From Tubulanus polymorphus (taxonomy: Eukaryota; Animalia; Nemertea), in NCBI RefSeq assembly GCF_964204645.1, contig NC_134027.1, positions 23,956,560 through 24,020,559 on the forward strand: DNA of 64,000 bases, written 5' to 3'. Of the stretch, positions 1-15,058 are shown piece by piece. A model generated the notes under the pieces. That model was not told the origin of the DNA and searched no databases. It worked only from the letters and a program-made list of their open reading frames with translations. Position 1 is the stretch's first letter, and every line of letters starts with the position of its first letter. Position numbers and translations under genes: made by a program.

Positions 1-1524
1 CGAAGCTATGAAAATGAACATCTTTCTTAAATATCCTATGTAGTACTTCCATATTGGGACCTATGGATGTTTTGTGACCACAATGATTTGCATATCTGAT
101 GATTATGACATCTCTGACGTATAAATCAAATTCGTTTTCGTTAATTAAAGCGGACGTACGGAAAGTCAATTGCTTGTTGGCGTTGTTATTAACTATCTGA
201 AATTTGAGAAAAGAAACGCATGAAGTAGTTCGAAAATTTTCGTGACAAAAAATCCGTGACTATCAACGTTCGTAATAGTCCTACAAATATCTTTGTATGG
301 TTCGTTTACGAGACTGTTAAGATACAAACTTATTCATTAATCTCACACGATTTGAGAAGGGCTCAGACCACGATTCCAAAATTGTCTACATCCTATAGTA
401 AAAATAAGAAATTCTAGCGTTAAATTCAAATAAAAGCGCGTAAATCCAAGGGAAATTCTGCATATGTCTGCTAGGCTAGCTGCGCATTGAAGTGGTTTTC
501 ATCCCACACAGCCAACCTAACTTATGAAATAATCAAACCTTTACAAATAGAGGGGTGTCCCAGTACAGGTATACCAGATCCGAGCCGAATATCGAAGGGA
601 ATCCCCACCGTGTTTGGTACCCTAGCTCCAGGCAAAAAAATTCCAGGGAATCCCATATTCCATCAGCATGTCTCCCAGATCCACGGATATATAATCGTAA
701 TTTGTTGCCTAACCTACTATTGAACTATGGCAACATTTACGCGGATCTGTTTTTTCATTAGTTTCTATTTTGGGGGTCCTGCCCATCGCATCTTGACGCT
801 ACTAACCTAATTGTGGTCTCATGCCAAAATATTGCCAAAATATGTTATTACCCGGTACCTTGTTATTTGAAAGGGATATCAACATTTATGGCATCTCCCC
901 AATTACTGTATAGGTCATTTCTGAGATTCTATTCACATAGGAAATGTAATTCAGATTCTACTTAATTTCTATATTAGACGTAAGAACTACAAACACGTAA
1001 TGCTATGGGTAAATTTCTATACCTGCCCAGTTCTATATTCGTAAAAGTATTCCTTTCCTCTCGCAAAACCTCAATATATTCAGAAAAAAATAGTCGATAC
1101 CGGCTGTGGGCGACTATTATCAATTATCTGGACGTGATTAAACGGTTTATTTATTCATATGAAACGCTAGGTTAGGTCCTCAATCGAATTGCAAATATAA
1201 CAGAGGCTAAATTAAAGCATTTTAGAATGAAAAGTATTGAAGACCTCTATTATTTTGGTTCAATAACAGGAAAATATCGATTCGAATTTTCCTGGTTTCA
1301 GTTAACGGTTGTTTTTTTTTTAGGTTTGACTCGACAGGGCTGTAATGTATAGAACTATAATCGCAAAAACTGAAATTCATCAACATTCAACATATTCATG
1401 ATATGATGTGTATTTCCACAGTTGTGGGTTCAATTTTCAATTTGCATCCATACCAAAAGTTTTGTGGGATTTATATATATATTCGATGATCCTCTGTTGT
1501 TGGTTTTTTATTCATGGAACCAGT

Positions 1525-1950
1525 GAGTTCCACAGTTGTGTGGGTTTTATTTAACTTTAGACCCAGTTTCAAATTTGTGGGGTTTTTATTTTACTCTGGA
1601 TCTAGTTCCACAGTTGTGTGGGTTTTATTTTACTCTGGATCCAGTTCCACAGTTGTGTGGGTTTTATTTTACTCTGGATCCTGTTCCACAGTTGTGTGGG
1701 TTTTATTTTACTCTGGATCCAGTTCCACAGTTGTGTGGGTTTTCTTTGGCTCTGGATCCAGTTCCACAGTTGTGTGGGTTTTATTTTGCTCTGGATCCAG
1801 TTCTACAGATTGTGGGGGTTTTATTTTACTCTGGATCTAGTTCCACAGTTGTGTGGGTTTTATTTGGCTCTGGATTCAGTTCCACAGTTGTGTGGGTTTT
1901 ATTTTACTCTGGATCCTGTTCCACAGTTGTGTGGGTTTAATTCCATCATG
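1525..1950 (+). repeat. 39-bp minisatellite array (~11 units) upstream of gene 1
   Basis: Tandem units CTCTGGATCCAGTTCCACAGTTGTGTGGGTTTTATTTTA; ends ~300 bp before the ATG at 2252. Confidence 0.95.
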
Positions 1951-2154
1951 GAACCATTTCTACTGTATAGGTCTAATTTGACTGCAGCTGTGGGTTTGCC
2001 TCTTAATCCAGTTTCACAGCACTGCGTTAACCTTCGCCTCTCGTTTTTTACATTACTCCTCGAGCTATGTTTATTGATTTCGTCTAAAATTCGTTCCGGA
2101 AATTTTTTCAATAATAATTATTTCATTAAACTGAATTCGCTCAGGCAGAATTCT

Positions 2155-2251
2155 AATTCAAACACTTCACAGACTTCTGTATACGATAAAAACAGTCAGT
2201 TGTGACACGTTTTTTGTCAGTCGACTCAAAACGTGTGGACAGAATTTCATC
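2155..2251 (+). promoter_or_regulatory. Conserved core promoter/5'UTR of the secreted-protein family (gene 1 copy)
   Basis: AACACTTCA...CGATAAAAA (TATA-like, 2184-2192)...TGTCAGTCGAC (Inr-like TCAGT 2217-2221)...GGACAGAATTTCATC-ATG. Close variants precede the ATGs at 9857, 15058(-), 19111, 25692, 38208(-), 44456(-), 51583(-), 58421(-) and 63944(-, cut by the window end). Confidence 0.75.
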
Positions 2252-4734
<2,483 letters not shown>

Positions 4735-4914
4735 AACCCCACGAGTGGATAACAAAAATCTGCGGATGATGCTGATAAACCAGTTTGGTGTCACGTGAAA
4801 CAACTTATTTGACTCAAAAATTTGAAGATTTCGATTGTCTATGACGATATTCCAGATACTTTGCAGAAATATACGATAAAAAACGATGAATTCTAGTTAG
4901 TTATACTATTTTCT

Positions 4915-5685
4915 TTAAGCTTCGGAATATATCTTAAAAACCATAAGAGGGTCGATGAAGCCTAAACCTCCACAAATGATAAACAAAAAAACTACTGTTA
5001 AAACCATCCGTAAAACCTTCATTTCCCTTCTAGACGATTCATCAGTTACACCGAACTCTGAACGTCGAGTAACCAGACGGTAAAATGTCACCGTAACCAG
5101 AATTAAATTGCTGACAATCAAAACGCGAATTGAGATCACGACAGTAAGATACATAAATAAGTATCGCTCTGAAATTGTGTAACGCCAAAAACCATGGTAC
5201 GAACTACGCCAGTATCGATTACTGCGATTACGCACCGTAATACAGGGCCAATGCACGGGAAAATTCATAAATGCAAGACTGGTTTTGGGCAGGAAGTGAA
5301 TGAAATATCCACAAAAACTAATCAGCGAAAGTAACGCCATCGCCCGTACTGATACTGAAATCTGCGTGATTTTATCGGAAACAATACGACGATTAACCGC
5401 TCTAGACTGAGCAGTACAGTGCACCAGTTACGCGTCATCTGAAACATGTAGAAAAACGGCAAAGAAAATGAGATAAAAATCAAACCAAAATTCATTCCAG
5501 TCATTCCAGCAAAACACAATATCTCCTAAAACTGCGTAAATGTACGCAGTTCTCAGCGGATACAGAATGAATGTAGCGATCATGAATAAACAAAAGATCG
5601 TTTAAAGCAACCATTTTGATGAGAAAATAAATATCAGATTTAAACCGTTTTAGAACTAACAACGTGAATGCGTTGAATATGTTGA
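4915..5685 (-). pseudogene. Frameshifted rhodopsin-type GPCR pseudogene
   Basis: TM1/2-like NAFTLLVLKRFKSDIYFLIKMVALNDLLF, TM3 MTRNWCTVLLSLERLIVVLFPIKSR and TM6 EMKVLRMVLTVVFLFIIC fall in three different frames. Similar to the intact GPCR at 60713-61717. The 5' end abuts a dispersed repeat. Confidence 0.75.
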
Positions 5686-5850
5686 TCTTAAAATAGGGAT
5701 TGACCCTGTTATTTATTTGATTGGTAGATTTCGTTTGATTTTCTGTTTCGGTGTCCCTTACAAACCCACCACACCTGCCGGGAGCGAACAAGGGGGTTTG
5801 ATTTGGAAATCGGAAATCGAAGTACAAAATGTAGTTGATTTGTCGTCGGC
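5685..5850 (-). repeat. Dispersed repeat, second copy at ~27045-27225 in the opposite orientation
   Basis: Shared ACTTCGATTT(C/T)CGATTTC...GAAATCTACCA...GGGTCAATCCCTATTT(T/C)AAGATCAA. Confidence 0.7.
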
Positions 5851-8800
5851 CGAGGTAAGATAATTTTTACGTAACGTAAGCTCTTTCAAATTCTTCGAAT
5901 GAATGTCGAAGGAAAATAGGGCCTACGTGAAAATGTGACTTAAATTATGATTTTGAATTTCTCAATCAAAGATTGTATAACGTCTGCTAAGAAGGAAGTC
6001 GATGATCTGCGGATGATGGGCCGGAGTATATTTCGTCGTCACGTTCAACAACTTAATTTCATTACCAATTTGATTGATATTTGACGGTGTTGACTGTCTA
6101 TGATTTATTCCAAATACCCGGCAAACAAAATAAAATCCCGGTATAATCAACAGCGACGAATTCTAGTTATTTAATGTCATCATTCTCTTCGATAGTTACC
6201 AAAGGAAATAAAGTTGTATTTAATTCATGCACGGATAGATATGTAAACAGATTTGGATGATGAAATTCTGACATATTGCTCATTATAGCACTCATTCCCT
6301 GGCAGTGACGAGAGAACTCGCTATAGCGGGTGTACAGCATTTGCCAGGCCGAGATATCGCCTCATAAATACATTCCGTCTTTGATTAATCAATTCTAATT
6401 TATGATGAAGGTTTTATTACTTAAAGAATACGAGTTTAACATTACTAGTACAACGTTAAGTCCTAGCTTCCCGAGAGATTTGGCTGCGGATTTTACAACT
6501 TTTCAAGAAATTGACACCAAACATTTACACTCATTTTTTAGTTAAAATCTGTGAAACTGGGAAAATTTCCAGTCAGTTTCCTGACATAGTGTTGAATTAG
6601 ATTGGTGTAATTTTGATTTAATGTTTCGCAGAAGATACCCTCGGAGGCCTCAAGTATTTCGACGTTTGCCAAATTCACCAATAGATATAGCGGAATGATG
6701 ATGAATTTCACAGTTGATTTAGATTTAGCATGGTCTCTGATCGACGGATAGTCACTTCAGGAATCAGCTAGAGCGCACGACCAAGCGTTCAAAAGTCTTT
6801 CGGTGGAAGCACCAAGTTCTAATAACGCTACGATATTTAGCCACCCGGTCATTCATGTCAACAGTAGGCGATGAAATTGGAGTTCCTATAGCTTTCGCTA
6901 TCAGTAATCAATCACTTAATTGTTAATATCAGTCAACTAGATTGACTTGCGATTTTCTTGAAACTATGGTAATTCTAATTGGAAAGGCTATAAAGGTCTG
7001 ATCTATCGTTTGAAATCTTCACCAAGAACAGCGTCTGATGTACCACAGATGTGTACACTAGGATCAAATATTTCATATTCAAATTCAAATTAACTTTATA
7101 GAGGGATGGAGATCACTACAGGACTGGGAGAATGAAAATCAAGTTTCTGCTTCGTTATAATGGTCACTTTAACTTTTAAAATACCAGGTAACATGCGTGT
7201 CGTTCCGCCAGTTTCAAGATGTATTTTCCATCAACGATTTATTGTTTTACAAGGAGTTTATGAAATAGAATACAAATAAACATATTGTTTGATTTTCGAT
7301 TTCATTTTTTGAATAGAAACTACACGATGGTATACCCTAGATCACTTAGCGCACCTGTAGCTTTGGGGTTTATCGCGTATCTACAATGTGTGCTTTCTCA
7401 AAAGCATCACACGGTATCATTGAAGTTTTTCTTATCTTTGTAAATATATTTCTCCTGTTTGTTTTTTACGTACGTATCCAATAGGGTTTGCTCCGACATC
7501 GTCTGGTGTGTAGCAAATAGCACAACATTCCACCGATCCATGTATGATGTGCTTAGGTACCTATACAAGTCACGATATTCTAAATGGGGAAATTTGAATG
7601 GGGAAAATTGCATACGAATTTAGCCCTTGGCTTAAAAAATATGAAGTGTAGATTTTATAATGACTTTCACATATGTTTCCCAGATAAGGGGGATATCTCT
7701 CAATTTCCCAAATATTTCCAAAGTTTTTCGATGTGCGCTGGGCTTTAGGGCGTGTGGATAGTCCTACATCTGTTCCAAATTAGTGTATTCATAGGATACA
7801 TTAAAACCTGAATGATATGCAGGGTCAATGGCTGGAATTAGCATTAAATCCATAAAACTGTGGAACAAGACCCAGAGTCGATCAAATCAAACCCGCGACT
7901 GTGAATCTGGATTCGGAGTCTACACGCTTGTTCTATATACTGCAGCCCTGTCGAGTCAAGCCTGAAAACAACCGTTAACTAAAACCAGGAAAATTATTAC
8001 ACATATTTTTCAGGATATTTTCCTGTTATTGAGCTAAATAATAGAGACATCAATATTTTCCATTCTAAAGCACTTCGATTTAGCATCGGTCATATTTACT
8101 ATGCGATTGAGAACCGAACCTAGCGTTTCATATGAATAAACAAACCGTTTAATCACGTCCAGATTATTATCGATACAACACATATATACTTGCCCACGCT
8201 CTATATCGACTTTTTCTCAGAATATATTGATGTTTTGCGATACTACGAATACTTCTACGAATACTTTTGCGAATGTAAGCCCGACGAACCATAACAGGGG
8301 TTTTGTAGCACTACTTCTTTGTAATCAGCCGGTAACAAATCCGACGTTCGATTCGCCCCATCATGTGTGAAAAAAAATTGATTTGTTCACATTTAACTAA
8401 CTAAACAGAACATTTCATTTGTCGCGGAGATTATTATTCCATCTCTGTGGTAAAACGAAAAACCACAAAACATACATCTAAAAAGGTCATGGGTCCATTC
8501 GTCGATGTATGTACATTGCTGTGTTAGTGATTATGATTTTTGTGAAATTCATGTTCAACCCACATTTAAACTGCAAGTGTTTGAAGGATATTTATTTGGC
8601 GTCTCTATTTGTGGATTTGAATAGCGTATTGGGTTCGAGTCCAATTGAAATTGAGTTTTGCTACCACGTACAAAAATTAGAAACCGTTTAAGGACTTGAA
8701 TCTGATACACGTCAATTGAAATCAATTTTAATTTGAAAAATGACTGTGGTTATGATCATATCGTGATATGTTGCACCAGTCACCATGTCAGATTCGAATC

Positions 8801-9260
8801 CCCGACGATAAACAATCTTATTGGGCAGATCCGTTATCGTTGCTTTTGATTTCTCCAATCAAGCCTGTTGTGAAACGGTGGCACAAAGTTCATTTAGGTA
8901 GCGAGCATTCGAACGATAACAGCATTGGTAAATACCGGTACCAGCGAGACAACATTTCACATATGAACTTCATTTGAATATATTGTTTTTGCCGTTTTGG
9001 TGAAAAATTGCCTTGTTATATATTGGCCGATACGTGTATATATGTCTAAAATATTCTTGTTAATTCTAGGTTTTTCAAAAGCGTGCAGTTATGTATGCTA
9101 CGTATAGAAAAGAACGTGAAGACCTCAGAAGTTCGAACCAGGAACAATGAAGAAAAGGCTTCCACTTGTACAGGCCCTCGATTATCTGCCAAATCTAATT
9201 GTGGCGATTATCTGCCAAATCTAATTGTGGCAAAATAATGAGTGTGGGGGATGGATTTAT

Positions 9261-9430
9261 ACGGAAGCCCCTAGGTGACATACCTACGAGATAATTTTTT
9301 CACAATTTCGACTTATTATGTCGAATATTGACTATTATGTCGAAATTCGACTTATTAAGTCGATCGAATTTCGACTTAATAGGTAGAAATTGTGTAAAGA
9401 TTATCTCGTTTGTCACCAAGAGGCTTCTGT
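9261..9430. mobile_element. MITE-like hairpin element
   Basis: ACGGAAGCCCCTAGGTGACA...TGTCACCAAGAGGCTTCTGT inverted termini; internal TTCGACTTATTATGTCGAA repeats. Confidence 0.65.
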
Positions 9431-9856
9431 AGTATACACATGAATTCTAACTGTGAAATATATCCCTTCAAATCATTGATTAAATTTATCATACATAGAT
9501 GTTAGACAGGTACAATTGAAACCACACATATCGAAACCACATAATGTTTGAATGTTTCACAGTTGTATGGGTAAAGTTTGACTCCAAACTCAGTTGAATC
9601 TAATTGGATCCTGGATCCAGTTCCACAGTTGTGGTTGGTTTTAATTTGACTTACGCCCCAGTTCGGAATATCAATCTATATAAAAAACACTTTTTTCACT
9701 ATAATGGAAATTGTTAGCTTTCAGTATTTATTCTATCGAACAGAATTCGCTTGATCGAAATCGAATTCAAACACTTCAAAAACCACCGCATACGATAAAA
9801 ACAGCCAGTTTTGACGTGTTTTTGTCAGTCGACTCAGCATTGGACAGAATTTCATC

Positions 9857-11644
9857 ATGTTTTTCACTGCTGTATTGGTTATTGTGATGTTTGCCGCTGT
9901 TTCTGAGGCGTCAACAAGCACCGACCCAGGTAAGAGATGATTCATACCTGTCCCAGACTCTGGAGCCGTTTCCAATATTGCGTGGGCTTAATTTGACACT
10001 GTATACAGTTCCACAGTAATTGCGTGGGTTTAATTTGACTCTGGATACAGATCCTCAGTATCCAGTATTGGCACTTTCACGAAAAAAGCATAAAAGCATA
10101 AATTTTATTTCAGGTGGTTGTACTGTTGAGAGATTTCCTGAAGCTAGTTTAAACAACGCCGAAAATCGTTATGAGAAGCAGAAAGGCTGTTCGCTTTGTT
10201 ACTGTGAAAATCGTGCAGCTGATGTCAAGTGCATTGGGTAAGTTTCCCCCAAATCGGAGTCGAAAGAAAATCCTACTGCACCCGAGACTCCGTTACGGGT
10301 GCAGTAAGTAATCCTACCAGATGGTGTGACACAAGTTTAGAAATAACCCATTACGATCAACTTTAAACTTCTTACTCGTGAATTTAAAAGCCTTCAGGTG
10401 GTGAATTAAAGAATAAATATCTCGAGATTTGCGGGGATTTTTTCGCGATTTTTCCAAAAAACTAATTTAAGAAAAGCTCCGCCACCTATTAGTGTTTGGA
10501 CATTTCACCGACTGTAATACAGCTCTAAAGCATGCCAAGTTCAAGTTCAAGTTCAAGATCAAATTTATTTCACAGAAAGCATGACAGGCTATTCACACAG
10601 GTTGAGAGAAAAACAAACAATAAAATTTACAATTCTACTCATGATTTTACTGCCATAGTGCAGTTAGAGCAGCCACACCTGCGATAGTTCGCCATCTAGC
10701 GGACAATTCGGCCACTAGGTCAGTCCCGCGCGAGGTGACATTGCCCATATATATCATAAGGTTTTCATCGTCACTCCCCACGTGACCACGCCACTCGAAT
10801 TAAATTCACGTCTACGTAAAAATATCAATATTATTCAAGCCGCGACAAAGATTTACTTCCTCCGCGATTATTTGTATAAATTGATTAATAACTGTAGTGA
10901 AAAAATTTGATTCGATTTTGATTGAAACATAAAAGAAATTCATGCGCAAAGTAACAGCCAGCAAACTTTGCGTTTACTCCAAAAAAATCTAGATCTTGTA
11001 TCGTATGGACCGGGTTAACTTTTTGAAAGACAAATTTTTGAATGGGTGCTGATTAAATGTCTAATGTTTGATGTTTGTAGTTCATTTTTGATTAAAAATG
11101 CCTCGGGTGAAGTTCTGGTCACATTTGAAGTGTGGACGACCAGTTTCCGGAAGTGTGTTGATAAAATGTTTAATATTTGGTGTTTTTTTGTGCAATTTCA
11201 TAAAAAGGCCCCCGGTGAAATTCTGAACACATGTTAAATGTGGAAGATCAATTTTCGAATGTGTATCTGGTCTTTGTAGATAATCTTTAATAGAATGTCT
11301 AAGATGAAGTCCCGAACACACGTGAAGTGTAGACGCAAGGTTTACGATAACGTGTTCAATGTTCATTTTCAAATACATAATATCCTTTTCACCCTTTTTG
11401 CAGTTGCGGCACAATGAGTATGATGGTGTTACCGTGTCAACTCAAAACCATGTTGGACGACAAGTGTTATTTCGGTGCCCCAACTACTCAATATCCCGGG
11501 TGTTGTAACAAGGACAAGGAAATCTGTGAATCGTCTGGAGACTACACGTCGGTGTTCAACAGTAATGATTTCGCCCGTTTTAACGAAACTAATTTTGCCA
11601 ATGCCGCCATGTGTGACCCTGCGCTCGGTCCACTGTTTGGATAA
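9857..11644 (+). CDS. Gene 2: secreted 12-Cys VWC/SVWC-like protein (145 aa), 3 exons
   Basis: Exons 9857-9929, 10114-10237, 11404-11644; GT-AG, phases 1 and 2, 438 nt. Signal MFFTAVLVIVMFAAVSEA; pattern C-x22-C-x2-C-x-C-x8-C-x2-C-x9-C-x9-C-x11-CC-x6-C-x28-C with YPGCC; AATAAA at ~11658. Confidence 0.88.
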
Positions 11645-13584
11645 CGTGCGGTAACCAAATAAAAGTCATCCGTATACAGTAATGATTTCATCGTTTTATC
11701 AAATAATTAAACACTAATTTAACAACGTTTTCCATAAATGATTTATCATGCAAAATGATGTGACGAAATTGAATAAATATAAATGGTGACGATAACATGG
11801 TATTTAGTTTTCATTTAATGCCCTTGACTAATGAAACACTGCGGAGTTGTTCTGTTTGTAGTAGTTGTTGTTGTTCTGTGTGAGATCGCTAACGGCATGC
11901 GTTTCACTTCATTAAAAAGAAAAAACGTGTTTTTCTCAAAACTAGCAAACATGGGCTTATCAGGAAAAACAATACATATCGGAAACGTTTTTCACGAGGG
12001 AAACAATTTTTTTCCTTTCTCCTTGCCGAGTGTGCGTTTGGCTTACCTCCGTGGTCTTTACCTTATCACTTGGCAAAGATATATGATATATTACGTATTA
12101 TGTACACATCTAAAAAGATCAGCAAGGAGACCCCTTAACCGAGTTTAGTAAACCCTTTTTTCTCCAGATCGATCTCCCCTCCCCTTTATGTACCTGTGAG
12201 TGGTGAAACAGAAACTCTACACAGATTTAGTTCGAGGGACGAAAATATTTCAACTAAGAAAACAAAAATCAACTGATTTTCTGTATTTCTCGATGTTTCC
12301 AAATCCAAACGTGGAGAACGCTGGTCATTCTTTTCGATGTCGATATGAATGTGGTGAATTTATTTCTTGTCATAATCTATGTGTCTCAAGTCTATATATA
12401 TATATATTATTCTTTTATCATTACGACTAGCGGGCTGACTGGACCAATCGACTCAGAGGTTTTGTTGTAGTATGTCTCCGCCAGTGTTGGTTTAGTTGTT
12501 TTGTATTTTTGTATTCCTTCTTGATCTTGACTGTACCATTTCACTGGTTGCGTTCTTTGGTGTAACTTTCTCTTAGAAATGATAACTACAACTGTTTCTT
12601 TCTATAGATCCAGCCTATTAATTTATTAATTTCTCCCATTCTCTCCCTCCCAAAGCTAACCCCCTTCCTTTTGTTTTTACCTTTCAAGTGACGCGTGCAG
12701 GTTCTGCACTCCATATGGCCCGGCGTTCACATATCGTAACGTTGTTTAACGTCACAACATTCCACTGACCCATGTATGGAGCGCTTACACCCGTCACAAT
12801 TATCTTGATATAAGTTTTGCACCAGCTAGACCTCATTTAGGTCATTTAGAGCGCCACATTTAGGTCTCCGTGCGTAAATATGTACGTCACAATCAGACAA
12901 GTTTGTTGGCTTAACTCCGACTTTTATTTTCATGTGTGACACAACATCCACGTAGGTAGCCCGACATCAACTACGGCCATGAACCCGAGCTTTTGTTGAT
13001 ATTTCCGTACTGATAATAAACTGATGCCCATTAGTTCAACACCTAAATTTAAATATCAACGCTCATCCAAATTTTGCTCAGGTCCAGACTGGCGTTGATG
13101 CATTTTCTACAGAAGGCTTACTAAATTTGATGGAGAACTTATGAACGAAGAAATGAACTATAAACAAAAGTTGTGCATCGTTTACAATGCGTTGTTTATA
13201 GTTCTTTGTTCGTTATATAAGGGATTTCATCAACTCTTTATGTGAAATTAAACGATGCAAAGGAATCAATTTAAAAAAAACGAATGAAAACTCAATCACT
13301 TTTCATATGCAATTTCATATTTCGGTTTTTGCATCAATGCTGATAAACATTGATAAAATAACCAAGGGGTCTTACGAGACTTTTGGTATACCTCAAAATT
13401 CAAGTTTTTGCTTTTAATACTTTTTTTCAAAAGAGCACAATTTTGTCAAGAGAATCTAAAAAAGGCTATTCCAGTAAAACGAATGTACCAAAAGGTCGAT
13501 GCCTTTTTCTTACTAATTACCCGAAAATATCTGGTTAGATCCTCAGATCTTGCCACGGCCCGGATCGAATGGAAATACGATGAA

Positions 13585-15058
13585 TTATTTTGGGCAATCG
13601 GTTGCTGCTTTTACTTTTGCGTTATGTGTTTGGTTGAACTCGGCGAAGTCATCACTCTTAAACACAGCTGTGTATTTACCAGACGATTTGCAGATTTGAT
13701 TGTTCTTCGAGCAACACCCGGGCCATTCAGAAGTTACTTTACCGAAATAAAACTTGCCGTCCAACATAGATTTGTACATACACACAGGTAACGCGTACTT
13801 TTCAACGCCGCACCTAATGTAGACAAAAATACGTGAAATTTAGACGCTTCAACCCAATAAAGCTGCCTTTGCGATCCCCTGACTACCTCATAACGTTACT
13901 ATTGATTGGATCTTCTGTGCGTATCGTGGCGGAGCGAAGATCCAATTTGATGACGTCATTGGAGTTACGAATTCAATTTTGATGATTCCATACAGGATTT
14001 TGAAGGCTGGGTACATCTTTAAACAATTTCGTAGAAAGACAGCTGGTCTTAACATGTGAATGGCTGGCCCGAGAATGACAGACCTCGTCTCGATAAGTGG
14101 GCCAACAGTATGAACCAGAAGAAATTATCATCATAGTAGAGAACAAATCAATCTGCTTGTTCCATAGGTTTGCAGCAACTCGGCCGATAAGAATATTCGA
14201 CAAATATCTGGCATTTTTTACCGATATATGTACGGCCAATTAATATTCATAATATTAATTGTCATATTCCTGTCTTTTACTTACTCTTTGTTTTAAGTTG
14301 AACTCCCTCTGAAATAATGATTTTCGTTAAAGGTCTAGAAGAGGACATACGACTCACAGATGACGTCAGCGCTACGATCTTTACACCGACACATTTCACA
14401 GTCCTTTTTCTCCTCGTAACGTTTTTTATCTTTATTGAAACTACATTCGGGGAACGTTTCCTCCGTACAGCCACCTGAAGGGAAAATACCAACGTAACCA
14501 CGCGGGCCAACCACGCGGACCTCCCCAACGTTAAAAGGATTATTCTATGGCGTTTCATTTTTAGAAAAGGACTATAGTTTAGGGTTTACACAATGAAACT
14601 GCTCAAAGAGAAGTCGTCAATCGAAAGAAATATAATTTTTCAATCAATCCTCCAATGGGAAATTTGACTCAAAAATAATTCTGCATTGTGAATCTAATTT
14701 GGACTTAGGGTGGTTCGTATTTTTGAATTTTGAAAAAGGAGGTTTTTGAGATTAATGACCATTAGCCAACGTGCCTAACCATCTGTTCTAATAAACAACA
14801 AACAGGTTCAAATGAAAACGCTTATGAGTTCAGAAAAGTATGTCCGAGATTGACGAACCCACGTTCGCCAATGACTCATTTGATCAAAACATACGCATTA
14901 CAGAGTGGTGCTTCACTGTTCACAATATTTCAGAAAACATATAATAATAGCCTACAGTTGCAAATAAGAAACGTTCGATTCAGCTTACCTCTTTCCCGAC
15001 TGATAGCGCCATCGGTCACAACGGCAAATACCACACATACCAATAGAGTGAAATACAT
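13585..15058 (-). CDS. Gene 3: secreted 12-Cys VWC/SVWC-like protein (140 aa), 3 exons
   Basis: Exons 15058-14989 (MYFTLLVCVVFAVVTDGAISRER), 14474-14351 (GGCTEETFPECSFNKDKKRYEEKKDCEMCRCKDRSADVICE), 13813-13585 (CGVEKYALPVC...WPGCC...DCPK*). 423 nt in frame. Confidence 0.87.

Noticed and set aside
6640-6900. Possible GPCR TM7 remnant on the minus strand (NSNFIAYC*)
   Set aside because: Too short, and no upstream TM segments could be traced.
9180-9232. 26-bp direct duplication GATTATCTGCCAAATCTAATTGTGGC
   Set aside because: Simple local slippage duplication with no other signal.
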